Positions 8,231 to 17,862 of a stretch of 32,516 bases of DNA are shown in pieces. The DNA comes from an uncultured Mycobacterium sp. (GTDB taxonomy: Bacteria; Actinomycetota; Actinomycetes; Mycobacteriales; Mycobacteriaceae): contig CAYVQQ010000004.1 in NCBI GenBank assembly GCA_964453085.1, positions 1-32,516 on the forward strand, given 5' to 3'. The position numbers were made by a program, and so were the translations under genes. The notes under the pieces are model-generated. The model did not search any database and was not told where the DNA came from. It worked only from the letters and a program-made list of their open reading frames with translations. How positions within the stretch are numbered: position 1 is the first letter of the stretch; each line of letters begins with the position of its first letter.

Positions 8231-8536
8231 GATGTACTGCGGGCAGTAGGCCCGGATGCTGGCACCGACGAAGTATCCCGCGTGATAGCCGTCGAGCCGG
8301 CCGTTGCCCATCAGCTCGGATGCGACCTCGCTCGGTGCCGCGCCGCGCCGCAACTCGTTGCAGACCTCGTGGGCCGCGGCGATCGCGGCCACCGGGCTCG
8401 GATAATGAATGTCCTTGGCCTGCAGCGCCCCCAGGAACGCGTCGTCGTTGGTGTCGGCGCACGCGGGCGGCGCCGGCGCGGCGAGCAGCGCGGCAGCCGC
8501 GATCAGGGCGGCCAGTCGTCTCGGGGTGGGCGTGAT
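8225..8536 (-). CDS. DUF732-family secreted protein; start codon uncertain (ATC at the expected position)
   Basis: Signal peptide (RRLAALIAAAALLAA...ACA-D), DDAFLGAL, HEVC and GYFVGASIRAYCP with two Cys, typical of DUF732. Confidence 0.8.
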   Translation of the reverse strand: MTPTPRRLAALIAAAALLAAPAPPACADTNDDAFLGALQAKDIHYPSPVAAIAAAHEVCNELRRGAAPSEVASELMGNGRLDGYHAGYFVGASIRAYCPQYIS

Positions 8537-8672
8537 GCCCTCCAGATCTCGGTCGACGAAGTCGGCGAAACGGCGTTTCGCAAGCTCAAACAGGTTAGCC
8601 CGACAGCCGCGGCGCCGCGGCGGATCTCGCCATGCGCTGCCCGGTCCGGCCGCCGTTGCCGTCCGGAGTCGG

Positions 8673-8678
8673 TACCTT
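8673..8678 (+). promoter_or_regulatory. -10 element (TACCTT), leaderless start of lpqC
   Basis: TANNNT lies 6 nt before ATG 8685, with no Shine-Dalgarno. Confidence 0.6.
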
Positions 8679-8684
8679 GTCGGC

Positions 8685-9629
8685 ATGCCGTCTGCGCGCT
8701 GGTCGTCTCTGGCCCTCGCCGGGGCCCTTGCCGGGGTCCTCGTGGGGGCTCTCGGGCTGACCGGCTGTGCCGTGCGGCATGTCTCGCCGGCCGGCGCCCG
8801 CGACGTGTCCGGCACGCTGCGCTCCGGCGGCCTCGACCGGACCTACATACTGCACGTGCCGCCCGGGGACCCGGTCGGTCTGGTCCTCAGCCTGCACGGC
8901 GGAGGCGGCAGCGGGACCGGGCAGCGGGCGCTGACCGACTTCGACGGCGCCGCCGACGCCCACCGTTTGCTGGTGGTCTATCCCGACGGCTACGACAAGA
9001 GCTGGGCAGACGGGCGCGGGGCGTCGCCGGCGGACCGCCACCACGTGGACGACGTCGGGTTCCTGGTTGCCCTGGTGGGCAAATTGCAGGGCGACTACAA
9101 CATCGACCCGGGCCACATCTTCGCCACCGGAATGTCCAACGGGGGCTTCATGTCCAACAGGCTGGCGTGCGAACGCGCCGACGTATTCGCCGCGATCGCG
9201 CCGGTGGCCGGGACACTGGGCGTGGGCGTGCCGTGCAACCCGTCCAGGGCGGTGTCGGTGTGGGAAGCCCACGGGACCGCCGACCCGTTGGTGCCGTTCG
9301 GCGGGGGCAACGTGCGGGGTCGAGGCGGGATCAGCCGCGCCGTCTCCGTTGCCAGCATGGTGGACAAGTGGCGCTCGGTCGACGGCTGCCACGGCGACCC
9401 GGCGGCGGAGGCCTCGCCCAACGTCGGGGACGGCACCGCGGTGCACCGCTTCGCCTACACGGTGTGCGCGGCATCCACCGAGGTGGTGTTCTACCGGATC
9501 GACAACGGCGGCCACACCTGGCCGGGCGGCAGGCAGTATCTGCCCAAGTCGGTCATCGGGCGCACCACCCGTGCCCTCGACGGCTCGGAGGCCATCGCCC
9601 GGTTCTTCCTTGCGCACGGCCGGGATTAG
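8685..9629 (+). CDS. lpqC: Esterase lipoprotein LpqC (PHB-depolymerase-like alpha/beta hydrolase)
   Basis: Lipobox LTGC, LHGGGG oxyanion motif, GMSNG nucleophile, HGTAD and GGHTWPG. Closely matches recalled Rv3298c and its position near nei/lhr. Confidence 0.92.
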   Translation: MPSARWSSLALAGALAGVLVGALGLTGCAVRHVSPAGARDVSGTLRSGGLDRTYILHVPPGDPVGLVLSLHGGGGSGTGQRALTDFDGAADAHRLLVVYPDGYDKSWADGRGASPADRHHVDDVGFLVALVGKLQGDYNIDPGHIFATGMSNGGFMSNRLACERADVFAAIAPVAGTLGVGVPCNPSRAVSVWEAHGTADPLVPFGGGNVRGRGGISRAVSVASMVDKWRSVDGCHGDPAAEASPNVGDGTAVHRFAYTVCAASTEVVFYRIDNGGHTWPGGRQYLPKSVIGRTTRALDGSEAIARFFLAHGRD

Positions 9630-9686
9630 CGCCCGCCGTCACCGGCAAAGCCGGCGGTCGCGCACTACGCGCCGTCGGTGCGGTCT

Positions 9687-9695
9687 TGTTACTAT
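9687..9695 (+). promoter_or_regulatory. Candidate extended -10 (TGT-TACTAT) for pstS
   Basis: TGn + TANNNT about 55 nt upstream of the TTG start. Confidence 0.5.
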
Positions 9696-9750
9696 GCCTC
9701 AATGCCTGCGGGCAGCGCAGCTGCTCTTCCCTCCGTCCGAAGGAATCGGA

Positions 9751-10854
9751 TTGCACCTCAATCGGATTGGCGCCGCGCTGAGTGTCCTGGCGGTAGGGGC
9801 GTTGCTGGTGGGCTGCGGCGGTGACGGCAACGGGGAGCGGGCGGCGACGGGCGCGTCGCCGGTGCGGGTCGCCTGCGGCGGAAAGCAGACGTTGCGGGCA
9901 AGTGGTTCGACGGCGCAGGCGAACGCGATGACTCGTTTCGTCAAGGCATTCGAACAGGCCTGCCCGGGTCGGTCGCTGAACTACACGCCAGACGGCTCCG
10001 GCGCCGGGATCAGCGAATTCACTGGCCACCAAACCGATTTCGCCGGCTCGGACTCCCCGTTGAGCAAGGACGAGTATGCCGCGGCGCAGCAGCGCTGCGG
10101 TTCGCCGGCGTGGAATCTGCCGGTGGTGTTCGGCCCGATCGCGATCGTCTTTCACCTTCATGGGGTGACGTCGCTGAACCTCGACGGGCCGGTCGCCGCG
10201 CACATCTTCAACGGCGACATCAAGACCTGGAACGACGGAGCGATCCAGGCGCTGAATCCGGGCGCCGCCATGCCCGCCGAGCCGATCCACGTGGTGTTCC
10301 GCAGCGACCAGTCCGGCACCACGGACAACTTCCAGAGGTATCTGGACACCGCCTCCGGCGGCGCGTGGAAGAAGGGAGCCGGCATGACCTTCAACGGGGG
10401 AGTCGGCGAGGGGGCCGAGGGTAACGAGGGGGCCGCCGCCGCCGTCAAGAGCACCGAGGGCTCGATCAGCTACGTCGAATGGTCCTACGTCCAGGCCCAG
10501 CAGCTGGACATGGCCAAGATCGTCACCTCGGCCGGCCCGGACCCGGTGGGGATCAGCGCCGAGTCGGTGGGCAAGACCATCTCGTCGGCGTGGTTCATCA
10601 AGGAGGGCAACGACCTTGCCCTGGACACGATCTCGTTCTACCGGCCGAACCAGCCCGACTCGTACCCGATCGTGCTGGCGACCTACGAGATCGTGTGCTC
10701 GAAATATCCCGACGGGCAGGTCGGCGTGGCCGTCAAGGCATTCCTGCAGAGCGCGATCGGCGCCGGGCAGGACGGCCTGTCCGACCACGGTTACATCCCC
10801 GTCCCCCAGGCGTTCATGCCACGGTTGTCGGCGGCGGTCAACGCCATCTCCTGA
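9751..10854 (+). CDS. pstS: Phosphate-binding lipoprotein PstS (PstS2/PstS3-like)
   Basis: TTG start after AAGGA, lipobox [34 protein letters not shown] and [12 protein letters not shown]. Confidence 0.93.
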   Translation: MHLNRIGAALSVLAVGALLVGCGGDGNGERAATGASPVRVACGGKQTLRASGSTAQANAMTRFVKAFEQACPGRSLNYTPDGSGAGISEFTGHQTDFAGSDSPLSKDEYAAAQQRCGSPAWNLPVVFGPIAIVFHLHGVTSLNLDGPVAAHIFNGDIKTWNDGAIQALNPGAAMPAEPIHVVFRSDQSGTTDNFQRYLDTASGGAWKKGAGMTFNGGVGEGAEGNEGAAAAVKSTEGSISYVEWSYVQAQQLDMAKIVTSAGPDPVGISAESVGKTISSAWFIKEGNDLALDTISFYRPNQPDSYPIVLATYEIVCSKYPDGQVGVAVKAFLQSAIGAGQDGLSDHGYIPVPQAFMPRLSAAVNAIS

Positions 10855-10866
10855 CCCGGCCGTCCG

Positions 10867-11217
10867 TCAGGGCGCCGAGTGGTTCCTCGGGCAGAACGCG
10901 GCGATGCTCGCGCCGACGAAGAAGCCGGCGTGATAACCGTCGAGTTGGCTGTTGCTCATCACCTCTGAGGCGACGTCGGACTTCTGCCTGCCGAGGTCGA
11001 GTTCGTCGCACACCTCGTGACCTGCGATGATCGCTGCCTGCGGCGACGAGAAGTTGATGCCTTTGGCCTTCAACGCGGACAGGAAGGCGTTGTCGATCGC
11101 GTCGGCGCGCACGGCCGGGGCGGCGGTTCCGGCCAGGCCGAGCAACGTGATCGTCAGGGCAAGGCCGATCGGCAGCGGACGCATGCGCTCCGGCGTGCGC
11201 GTCCGACTGTTCGTCAT
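10867..11217 (-). CDS. DUF732-family secreted protein
   Basis: RBS GGGAGGA, signal peptide ending VRA-D, DNAFLSAL, HEVC and GFFVGASIAAFCP. Confidence 0.88.
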   Translation of the reverse strand: MTNSRTRTPERMRPLPIGLALTITLLGLAGTAAPAVRADAIDNAFLSALKAKGINFSSPQAAIIAGHEVCDELDLGRQKSDVASEVMSNSQLDGYHAGFFVGASIAAFCPRNHSAP

Positions 11218-11335
11218 CGGTGGGTCCTCCCGGTGGGCGGTGCATGAAGGCAAGCCACGCGTTCAGCACTGCGATCATTGCACGCTGCGACCGCACCCGG
11301 GTAAATTCCCGGCGCACTTCGTAGGAGTCTCGGGC

Positions 11336-12091
11336 TCAGCGCTGGCATGCCGGGCACCAGTACGCCACCCGCGTGCCGGCGCTGCTGTATTCGACGGGGG
11401 TGCGGCAGCGGCGGCACGGTTGTCCCGCCCGCCCGTAGACCCACAGCTGCCGGCCCGGCCGGGTGTCGCCGGTGGTGCACCGGTTCCAGCGGAACCGGTT
11501 GATCCACAGCATGTCCCGGGCGCGTTCGACGAGCCGGTGCGGATCGGTGACCGCGCCCACCGGCGCAGTGGGCAGATGCCCGGTGACAAAACACAATTCG
11601 TTGCAGTACACGTTGCCGACCCCGGCCAGCACCCGCTGGTCCAGCAGCGCCTCGGCGAGCGGCCGGTCCGGCCGGGCGGTGAGGTTGGCGGCGGCGCGCG
11701 CGGCGTCCCAGTCGGGGCCCAGCAGATCCGGTCCCAGGTGGGCGACCACGTCGGCGTCCCGGTCGCGGTCCAGGATCTCCAGCACCCCGAGGTCGACGCC
11801 CACGGCCCGCACGGCACCGGCTTCCAGGACGATGCGTGCGCGGTGGTCCACCCGCACCGGACGGTCACCGACCCGCCAGCTGCCGTCCATCTTCAGGTGC
11901 GAGTGAATGCTGGCCGACCCCACCCGGATGAACAGGTGCTTGCCCCGGCTGAGCACCTCGTCGACCACGTGCCCGGTGAGGTCGACGGCGGCGAACCTCG
12001 GCACCCTCACGTCGCAGCGGGTCAGCGTGCGCCCGACCAGGTGCTCGCGCAGCAGAGCCGCGGTGTGCCAGACGGTGTCACCCTCGGGCAT
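11336..12091 (-). CDS. nei: Endonuclease VIII-like DNA glycosylase (Nei2)
   Basis: N-terminal MPEGD, GKHL, H2TH GVGNVY, and C-terminal zinc finger CRRC...CPACQ. Confidence 0.95.
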   Translation of the reverse strand: MPEGDTVWHTAALLREHLVGRTLTRCDVRVPRFAAVDLTGHVVDEVLSRGKHLFIRVGSASIHSHLKMDGSWRVGDRPVRVDHRARIVLEAGAVRAVGVDLGVLEILDRDRDADVVAHLGPDLLGPDWDAARAAANLTARPDRPLAEALLDQRVLAGVGNVYCNELCFVTGHLPTAPVGAVTDPHRLVERARDMLWINRFRWNRCTTGDTRPGRQLWVYGRAGQPCRRCRTPVEYSSAGTRVAYWCPACQR

Positions 12092-12106
12092 GGCGCTCCC
12101 GCAGCC

Positions 12107-15100
12107 TCACCGCAGCCGCATTCCGCGCGGCGTGCGGGCGAAGCCGGCGTCCGTCAACGCCTCGACGACGGGTCCCGGCCCGCCCGGGCGCGGCTGCAGC
12201 GCCGGCACCCCGTCGACGCGTTCCACCAGGATCGCCGCGACACGCCGATCGGACACCAGCCCGGCCAGCGCCGCGGCGGCCGCCTGATGGGCCGCCGGCT
12301 CCTCGGTGAAGGTCAGCAAGGACCGTCCGCCGCGCTCGAGGAACCACGTGCATGCGCCATCCACCAGCACCACGAGGGCCCCAGCCTTGCGGCCGGGCCG
12401 CCCCGCGGGCCCCTCGCCGCCGGCAGTCGGCCAGGGCAGGGCGGCGCCGTAGGGGTTGGCCGGGTCGGCGGCCGCCAGCACGACGGCCCGGTACTGCGGG
12501 CGCTGCGGGTCGACGTCGTCGCTGTAGCTGCGCAGCCGGTCGACGGTGGAGGCGACGGCGAACTGCGCGCCGCCCAGCGATTCCACGAAGTAGCCGCGCT
12601 GGCAACGCCCGGCTTCCTCGAACGAACTCAGCACCTTGTACTGGGCGGCGAACCCGCCCGGCACACCCTCGGCCGCCACCGCGCCCCTGGTCAGCACGCC
12701 GTGCCGGCCCAGCAGCAACTCGGCCTGATGGTAGGACCGCACCGTGGAATCCGGCTCGGGTGCCGGCAGGGCGGACCATCGCCCGGCGACGGTCGGGTCG
12801 GCGGCACGGTGCTGGGCCTGTGCGACGCGGTAGCGGTTCAGGCGCGGAGGCCGGTGCGTGTGGTGCGCCGCCGCGGAACGCCGGCGGCCACCCGTTCCGC
12901 TCAGCAGCGCACGCACCGGGGCGAAGGTGTCGCCGGTGATCCGACCGGCCCAGATAAGCTCCCACAGCGCGGCTTTGAGCTCGGTCTCCGGCAACCCGGC
13001 CTGTGCGAGCTGGCGGAAGAAGTACGCGCCGCCCCCGGACAGCACCTCCAGGACCGCGCGGTGGGCGTCGGTGAGGTCGATCTCGGCGGGCGGCGCCAGG
13101 GTCAGGGGCGCCGACTCGCTGTGGTGCAGCACGACCCAGCCGTCGCTGCCCGAGATGGACCCCGCGCCCGACCAGGTGATCTCCCCGGCCGCCAGCAGTT
13201 CGTCGAGCAGCGCGGGGGAGTAGTCGGCGATGCGCGGGCCCAGCACCAGCGGCTCCAGCGCCGAGGCCGGCAGCCGGACGCCGGCGAGTTGGTCGACCAC
13301 ACTCAGCAGCCCGTCCGGGCCGGACAGGTTCGACGAGACGCGATGCCAGGCGGGCAGGAACCGCCCGTAGGCGGCGGTGCTTACCGGCTCGACCTGGGCG
13401 CGCAGCACCGCCAGCGAGCGGCGCCGCAGGATGCGCAGCACCTCGGCGTCGCACCACTGTTCGCTACCGGGCGCCTCGGGCGCGGCGACGAATTCACCGC
13501 GCACCAGGCGCCCGGCGGCGGCCAGCCGGCTCAGCACGTCGGCCGTCACGCGCAGCCCCAACCCGAAACGGGCCGCGGCCTCGGTGGTGGTGAATGGGGT
13601 CCGGGTGCGCGCGTAACGGCCCAGCAGCTCCCCGAGCGGGTCGGCGACCTCCCCGGTGAAGTCCGCCGGAACCCCCGGTGGGACCGCCACCCCGACCCCG
13701 TCGCGCAGCCGACCGATGTCCTCGACGGCCACCCACCAGTCGTGGCCGGCGAACGACACCTTCAGTGCGCGCCGGGCGGTCCGCAGGTCTTCCAGCCAGC
13801 CGCCCACCCCGGCCGCGTGGTCGGAGCCGGCCCGGGCGGCGATCTCATCATCGGTCAGCGGGCCCAGCAGCCGCAACAGGTCGGCGACCCCCTCGGCGTC
13901 GCGGGCGGCGCGCTCGGGCGACAGGTGCTGCAACTGCCGAGCGGTCGTGGCGATGACGTCCGGGTCGAGGAGCTCGCGCAGCTCCACCCGGCCCAGCAAC
14001 TCGGCGAGCAGCGTCGCATCCAGCGACAGCGCCGCGGCCCGGCGCTCGGCCAGCGGGGTGTCGCCCTCGTAGATGAACGCTCCGACGTATCCGAACAGCA
14101 GGGACGCCGCGAACGGGGACGGCTTGGCCGTCTCCGCCTCGAGCACCCGCACCCGGCGCGCGGCGATGCCGCTCATCAGCTCGATCAGGGCTGGGACGTC
14201 GTAGACGTCCTGCAGGCATTCGCGGACGGTTTCGAGCACCACCGGGAAGTCGGGGTATTTGCGGGCGACCTCCAGCAACTGGGCGGCGCGCTGGCGCTGC
14301 TGCCACAGCGGTGAGCGGCGCCCGGGGTGGCGGCGCGGCAGCAGCAGGGCCCGGGCCGCGCACTCGCGGAACCGCGACGCGAACAGCGCCGACCCACCCA
14401 CCTCGGCGGTGACGATCGCGTCGATCTCGTCGGCCTCGAAGACGAACAGCTCGGCGCCGGGCGGGGCGTCGTCGAGGGTGTCGGGCAGCCGCATCACGAT
14501 GCCGTCGTCGGAGGCGGTGGGCTTCTCGTCGATGCCGTAGCCTTCCCGCAGCCGCCGGCCCACCGCCAGCGCCAGCGGTCCGTGCACCCGCAGCCCGTAC
14601 GGCGAATGCAGGATCACTCGCCAGTCGCCGAGCTCGTCGCGGAAGCGCTCGACGAGCAGGGTGGTGTCGGTGGGCACCACCGACGTCGCGGTCCGCTGTT
14701 CGTCCAGCAGGCCCCACAGGTTGTCGGTCGCGTACGCGTCGAAACCCAGTTCGGCGCAGCGTCCGTCGAAGGCGTCGCGGCGCAGGCCGGCCAGCTCCCC
14801 GGTGAACGCGCCCAGCGCGGCGCCCAGCTCGGCCGGTCGGCCGACGCCGTCTCCGCGCCAGAACGGCAGCCGGGCCGGCTGCCCGGGAGCGGGGACCACC
14901 CACACCCGGTCGTGGGTGATCTCCACGATTCGCCAGCTGGTGGCCCCGAGCGAGATCACGTCGCCGGGGCGGGACTCGTAGACCATCTCCTCTTCGAGTT
15001 CGCCCACTCGGGAAGGCTTTTCGGAGTCGCTGGCCAGATAGACCGCGAACAGCCCGCGGTCGGGGATGGTGCCCCCGGAGGTGACGGCCAGCCGCTGGGC

Positions 15101-16726
15101 GCCGGGCCGGGCGGTCAGTGTCCCGGCATCGCGGTCGTAGACCAGGCGCGGCCGCAGCTCGGCGAACTCCGTCGACGGATACTTGCCGCTCAACAGGTCC
15201 AGGGTGGCTTCGAACAGGCTGCGCGGCAGTGTCGCGAACGGGGCGGCCCGCCGCACGGTGTCGAACCAGCGGTCGACGTCCAGCGGTTCGAGCGCGGCCG
15301 CTGCGACGGTGTGCTGGGCCAGGACGTCGAGCGGGTTGGCGGGCACCCGCATCGTCTCGATCTGACCGGCCAGCATGTGCTGCACGCTCACCGCGCAGCC
15401 GATCAGGTCGGTGCGGTGCTTGGGGAACAACACGGCGCGCGACACCTCGCCGACCTGGTGGCCTGCCCGGCCGATACGCTGCAGGCCGCTGGCCACCGAC
15501 GGCGGCGCCTCCACCTGGATCACCAGGTCGACCGCGCCCATGTCGATGCCCAACTCCAGGCTCGAGGTGGCCACCACCGCCTTGAGCTCACCCCGTTTGA
15601 GGCCCTCTTCCACCAGCGCGCGCTGCTCCTTGCTGATCGAGCCGTGGTGGGCGCGGGCCAGTAACGCCTCGGCGCCAAAGGTCTGGCCGACTCCCATGAT
15701 GTGCGCCGGCGCGCCGCCGGGTACCCCCCGATTGGCCCCGGAGAACTCGGCCGGTCGCTCGACACCGAGGCGCTCGGCGTGAATCTCGTTGAGCCGCGCC
15801 GTGAGCCGTTCGGCCAGCCGTCGCGAGTTGGCGAACACGATGGTCGAGCCGTGCGCCTCGATCAGGTCGACCAGACGCGCCTCGACGTCGGGCCAGATGG
15901 TGGCGGTACCACCCGCTTGCGGGGGAGTGTTCGTCAGGTTCGCCATGTCGGGCACCGGTACCTGCACGGAAAGCTCGACGGTCTTGCCCGACGGCGGGGC
16001 CACCACCTTCGTCCGAGTCGTCGGGCCTCCTCCGGACAGGAACCGGGCCAGCTCCTCGGGTGGGCGCACCGTCGCCGACAACCCGATGCGCTGGGCCGGC
16101 GGCCCGTCGCGCGTTCCGTCCGACAGATCCCGGAGCCGCTCCAGCGACAGGGCCAGGTGCGCGCCGCGCTTGCCGGCGGCGATGGCGTGGATCTCGTCGA
16201 CGATCACGGTATGCACGCCGGCCAAGGTCTCCCGTGCGGCCGAGGTGAGCATCAAGAACAGCGATTCCGGCGTGGTGATCAGCACGTCGGGCGGATGGTT
16301 GACGAGGTGGCGGCGCTGCGCGGGCGGGGTGTCGCCGGACCGCACTCCGACACTGATGTCGGGGGCCGGCAGCCCTCGGCGCTCGGCGATCCGGGTGAGC
16401 CCGGCGAGCGGGGTGCGCAGGTTGCGCTCGACGTCGACCGCCAGGGCCTTGAGCGGGGAGACGTACAGCACGCGAGTACCGGCTTGCCGCTCAGGATGCG
16501 CGGCGAGCCTGTCGATGGCCCACAGGAACGCCGCCAGCGTCTTGCCGGACCCGGTCGGCGCGATCACCAGGGTGTCGTGGCCCTCGGCGACGGCCTCCCA
16601 GGCGTCGGCCTGCGCGCTGGTCGGAGCGGCAAACGTGCCGGTGAACCACTCGCGGGTGATCGCGCTGAACCGGCCCAGCGGGTCGCCGGGACGGTCGGGC
16701 CGGTGGACCACGGCGCGAGCGCTCAC
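12107..16726 (-). CDS. lhr: ATP-dependent long helicase-related protein Lhr (full-length, with C-terminal domain)
   Basis: APTGSGKT, DEIH, GLSAT, HHGS, SSLELGID and QRIGRAGH. About 1540 aa, adjacent to nei. Confidence 0.96.
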   Translation of the reverse strand: MSARAVVHRPDRPGDPLGRFSAITREWFTGTFAAPTSAQADAWEAVAEGHDTLVIAPTGSGKTLAAFLWAIDRLAAHPERQAGTRVLYVSPLKALAVDVERNLRTPLAGLTRIAERRGLPAPDISVGVRSGDTPPAQRRHLVNHPPDVLITTPESLFLMLTSAARETLAGVHTVIVDEIHAIAAGKRGAHLALSLERLRDLSDGTRDGPPAQRIGLSATVRPPEELARFLSGGGPTTRTKVVAPPSGKTVELSVQVPVPDMANLTNTPPQAGGTATIWPDVEARLVDLIEAHGSTIVFANSRRLAERLTARLNEIHAERLGVERPAEFSGANRGVPGGAPAHIMGVGQTFGAEALLARAHHGSISKEQRALVEEGLKRGELKAVVATSSLELGIDMGAVDLVIQVEAPPSVASGLQRIGRAGHQVGEVSRAVLFPKHRTDLIGCAVSVQHMLAGQIETMRVPANPLDVLAQHTVAAAALEPLDVDRWFDTVRRAAPFATLPRSLFEATLDLLSGKYPSTEFAELRPRLVYDRDAGTLTARPGAQRLAVTSGGTIPDRGLFAVYLASDSEKPSRVGELEEEMVYESRPGDVISLGATSWRIVEITHDRVWVVPAPGQPARLPFWRGDGVGRPAELGAALGAFTGELAGLRRDAFDGRCAELGFDAYATDNLWGLLDEQRTATSVVPTDTTLLVERFRDELGDWRVILHSPYGLRVHGPLALAVGRRLREGYGIDEKPTASDDGIVMRLPDTLDDAPPGAELFVFEADEIDAIVTAEVGGSALFASRFRECAARALLLPRRHPGRRSPLWQQRQRAAQLLEVARKYPDFPVVLETVRECLQDVYDVPALIELMSGIAARRVRVLEAETAKPSPFAASLLFGYVGAFIYEGDTPLAERRAAALSLDATLLAELLGRVELRELLDPDVIATTARQLQHLSPERAARDAEGVADLLRLLGPLTDDEIAARAGSDHAAGVGGWLEDLRTARRALKVSFAGHDWWVAVEDIGRLRDGVGVAVPPGVPADFTGEVADPLGELLGRYARTRTPFTTTEAAARFGLGLRVTADVLSRLAAAGRLVRGEFVAAPEAPGSEQWCDAEVLRILRRRSLAVLRAQVEPVSTAAYGRFLPAWHRVSSNLSGPDGLLSVVDQLAGVRLPASALEPLVLGPRIADYSPALLDELLAAGEITWSGAGSISGSDGWVVLHHSESAPLTLAPPAEIDLTDAHRAVLEVLSGGGAYFFRQLAQAGLPETELKAALWELIWAGRITGDTFAPVRALLSGTGGRRRSAAAHHTHRPPRLNRYRVAQAQHRAADPTVAGRWSALPAPEPDSTVRSYHQAELLLGRHGVLTRGAVAAEGVPGGFAAQYKVLSSFEEAGRCQRGYFVESLGGAQFAVASTVDRLRSYSDDVDPQRPQYRAVVLAAADPANPYGAALPWPTAGGEGPAGRPGRKAGALVVLVDGACTWFLERGGRSLLTFTEEPAAHQAAAAALAGLVSDRRVAAILVERVDGVPALQPRPGGPGPVVEALTDAGFARTPRGMRLR

Positions 16727-16732
16727 CTGACC

Positions 16733-16755
16733 ACGATGCTCACGGGTACCGACAA
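16733..16755 (-). promoter_or_regulatory. RecA-independent DNA-damage promoter (RecA-NDp / PafBC-type), leaderless lhr start
   Basis: Minus strand reads TTGTCGGTA-N8-CATCGT-N6-GTG, against the consensus tTGTCRgtg-N8-TANNNT. Confidence 0.7.
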
Positions 16756-16768
16756 GAGCCACCAGAGC

Positions 16769-17431
16769 TCAGAGCCGGGCGGTGGACATCGACTCGGCGA
16801 GCTCGTCCGGAATCCCCGGCGCCCGGGCGATGGCATCCAGCAGCGCATGCGCACAGGCGTCGGCGAGCCGGTCGGCGTCGGTGCTCGGGTCGACGATCCG
16901 CTGGCGGCAGATCTCGAAGGTGAGCGCCAGCCAGCCGTGCAGAATCACCTCCAGGTGTTTTTCGACCTCGGGTTCCAGTTTCTTCATCGGGACCGAGCTC
17001 ACCAGTTCGTCGATCCGGCCCTTGATGTGTTCCATCTGGCGGTTCTTGGCCTCGTCGCTGACGCCGAGCAGCGCCGGGTCGGACCGGCCCAGACCGACAT
17101 AGGCCGCCCACGCCGACCGCGGGTGGTGCTGCTGGTAGGCCATGTAGGCCAGCACGCCGGTCCTGATGTCTTCGAACATCGTCCGGCCCGCCGGGTGCGA
17201 CTGGTTGGTGGCCTCGCAGAGGCGGTCGGCCTCGTCCTGCACGACCGCGGCGAAGAAGGCCCGCTTGTCCGGAAAATAGTGGTACATCAGAGCGCGGGAA
17301 ACCCCGGCCCGCTCGGCGATCTCGTCGATGCGGACCTCGTCGTACGGCCGCTGACCGAATACCTCCGCCCCCAGAGCGAGCAGCTCAGCACGGCGGTCCT
17401 CCGGGGACAACCGCCTCCTAGCTGTTGGCAT
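16769..17431 (-). CDS. TetR-family transcriptional regulator (Rv3295-like)
   Basis: N-terminal HTH (IDEIAERAGVSRALMYHYFPDK). ATG is preceded by TACTAT-N7 (leaderless). Confidence 0.92.
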   Translation of the reverse strand: MPTARRRLSPEDRRAELLALGAEVFGQRPYDEVRIDEIAERAGVSRALMYHYFPDKRAFFAAVVQDEADRLCEATNQSHPAGRTMFEDIRTGVLAYMAYQQHHPRSAWAAYVGLGRSDPALLGVSDEAKNRQMEHIKGRIDELVSSVPMKKLEPEVEKHLEVILHGWLALTFEICRQRIVDPSTDADRLADACAHALLDAIARAPGIPDELAESMSTARL

Positions 17432-17709
17432 ATGCCTGATAGTACCCACGCACGCCGGGTCGCCTCGGTCCTTGTGTTCATGGGCCCGCACTGGCCGGGC
17501 GGGGAATGCGCCGGCGTGCGATCGTGCACGGGAACAACCGGAAAGGGCGCCCGGCTCGACCAGACCAGATTGGGTTCCCCATCGTCACGGCGGGAATGTC
17601 GGGCGTTACGGATATCCGTCCGTCGGAGCGGGCGGCGGGACGTCAGGGCATCATGCGGGCCCGTCACCTTGAGCCGGACTCAACCGTGTGGCATTCCCCC
17701 CGCCCGGCG

Positions 17710-17735
17710 GTTTGCCGCGGTTTACCATCGGGTAC
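17710..17735 (+). promoter_or_regulatory. SigF-type promoter
   Basis: GTTT-N16-GGGTAC, matching the mycobacterial SigF consensus GTTT-N15-17-GGGTA. Confidence 0.65.
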
Positions 17736-17862
17736 GCGCTTCGCAGTAATCTTTTCGGGCTGGGGGTCGGTGCGGCCGGCCCCGGACGACTTGCGGCGCA
17801 ACTCCGCGCGGCATTGTTTCCGATGACACCAAGTGCGGCCGGGGAAGGCGTAGGGGCGAAGG

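Noticed and set aside
9067-9750. 595-aa extended PstS
   Set aside because: The extension overlaps lpqC out of frame. The signal peptide, lipobox and RBS indicate TTG 9751.
10851-10864. 14-bp sequence ctgacccggccgtc repeated at 30536-30549, both at gene ends, as a possible att or target site
   Set aside because: Matches of this length are expected by chance in 32 kb of high-GC DNA, and there is no integrase or transposase nearby.
11027-14314. 1095-aa plus-strand ORF and other long shadow ORFs (15701-17749, 23662-25455, 20215-21639, 4779-6194)
   Set aside because: They are antisense to well-supported genes (lhr, nei, accD5, accA3, MgtE-N) with no recognisable motifs, as expected from high-GC codon bias.
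17560-17700. Remnants of pcd or lrpA in the TetR-Rv3289c gap
   Set aside because: Only 3-4 residue resemblances (e.g. AQG), too weak to call without an alignment.
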